A stretch of DNA of 64,000 nucleotides from the NCBI RefSeq assembly GCF_006345805.1, contig NC_043023.1, positions 17,918,001 through 17,982,000 of the forward strand, given 5' to 3'. This stretch comes from Octopus sinensis (taxonomy: Eukaryota). Below the pieces are notes generated by a model. It was given only the letters and a program-made list of their open reading frames with translations, was not told the origin of the DNA and did no database searches. Made by a program: the position numbers and the translations under genes. Positions 62,620-64,000 of the stretch are shown here, in pieces (the stretch's first letter is position 1; every line of letters starts with the position of its first letter).

Positions 62620-63960
62620 AATATTCACAGATACCATCTGATGAGTCAGTATTTCAGTATATAATATGTATAATTTTTAAAATATTTCTGGATAATTTCT
62701 TATACCAGGTTTTCATTGACATAACAAAAGTGTTTGATTCTATCAATAGAATTGCACTTTGGGAGATCCTAAAAAGCTAGGATGCTCTGAAACATTTGTG
62801 AGGATGCTTAGACAATTTCTGTAGCAAATGGTGTAAAGCAAGGTGATACTCCTGCTCCTACGCTGTTTGCTATATATTTCGCAACGGTCTATCTAATATT
62901 TTAAAGATGGCCCTGAACGGGTCTATATAAGATATAGGACAACAGGAAATCTGTTCAATCTCAAAAGACTGTGCCAAAACGAAAGTTCTGTATTCTCACT
63001 TTGTTGCGTTTCTGTATGCAGATGATTGTGACCTGTTGGCATATTCTCAGAAAGATATGCAGCACATGATGAATGCAAGTGCAGCATTGGGTCTAACAAT
63101 CAATCTAAAATAAAAACTGTTATAATGTACCATCTCGCTCCTTCCAAGATGTATGTGGAAACTTTTATAACTGTGAATGGTCAAAGGTTGAAAACGGTAC
63201 CTAGATTTATTTATTTAAGAAGTAGTTTGAGCACTGCTGGTCTTGATGATGAAATTTCATACAGAATCAGGAGGGCTAGTAGTTCCTTTGGTAGGCTTGA
63301 TAGGCGTCTATGGAAACGACCATAATATATCTTCACGAATTAAAGTTAAGGTATATAACACATGCGTCCTCCCATCTTTGCTATATGGAAGTGAGGCATG
63401 GGTTGTTTACCGTAGGCAGGTAAGGCAATTGGAGCGATTTCATCAATACTGTTTGAGAAAAGATTTGGGGATAAGCTGGAAATGGTCATTAGTAACGTGT
63501 AGGTACTTGAGAGGAGTGACAGTAGATGTATAGAGTCAATGGTTTTGCAAAGACATTTGAAGTGAAGGGGACATTTGGTAAAGATGAGTGATAAGTGACT
63601 GCCCAAGCAGCTATTGAATGGTGAGCTGGAAGATGGAAGGGGAGCGGCGCATAACCCTAAACTAAGGTTTAAGGATTGCCTTAAAATGCTCTAATACAGA
63701 TAGTAATTGCAGCTGGTAATTGGGAGGAGGCACAAGACCGTGATGGATGGAGGAAGATTGTACATGATGGTTGTTCAAAGTTTGAGAGAGGGAGAGAGAG
63801 TGTGAAGTATGAGAGAATTAGGAGGGGTCTTAGTATGGGGAACCTGTAGAGTGTGAGAGAATGTTGGTTTTTATGAGTGTGGTCTGTGGGTGGAGGTGCT
63901 TGAGTCTTGCAGGCCTGGTGAACCATCAAACTTCTCATAGGAATCGAACCATGATAAACA
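62620..63960 (+). mobile_element. RTE (BovB-like) LINE remnant
   Basis: GVKQG..APTLF, LYADD, FIYL, DDEISYRIRRASSSFGRL, LLYGSEAW, PKQLLNGEL. Confidence 0.85.
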
Positions 63961-64000
63961 ATGATATGGCTATTAAAAGTCGTACCGAAACGTGTGTAAT

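Overview
Repeat-dense, AT-rich animal genomic DNA with (AAT)n, (AAG)n and (AT)n tracts and a 100-N gap at 49109-49208. The SINE types and microsatellite style suggest an octopus or other coleoid cephalopod; this is an inference. The only host gene signal is nine short phase-2/phase-2 exons (eight of 72 bp, one of 69 bp), each encoding one typical LRR. Seven lie on the - strand left of the gap (45573, 40193, 38616, 36352, 31353, 30292, 9789) and two on the + strand right of it (57633, 60141). Most sit in a duplicated exon+intron unit, consistent with an LGR/GRL101-like or other LRR receptor, but the gene cannot be named. The rest is mobile DNA: Tx1-clade LINEs, Penelope-like elements with hammerhead motifs, R4/Dong-like LINE ends in (AAT)n, CR1, RTE, a Buster/Charlie hAT, a mariner remnant, Helitrons and tRNA-derived SINEs. 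The most striking structure is 10.6-22.8 kb: a gap-free head-to-tail train of three divergent Tx1 elements (C, E, D). The middle one (E) encodes only ORF1 but keeps the Tx1 3' terminal motif. All three 3' ends are followed by CA(A)TT(G/C)CAGTCT, which also occurs inside a Helitron in this window. C and D share a 3'UTR pseudoknot with compensatory changes, and all ORF2-bearing copies have a 5' splice-site-like motif at the ORF1/ORF2 boundary. All calls were made by eye without database searches. Many frameshifts fall in homopolymers and may be sequencing errors.
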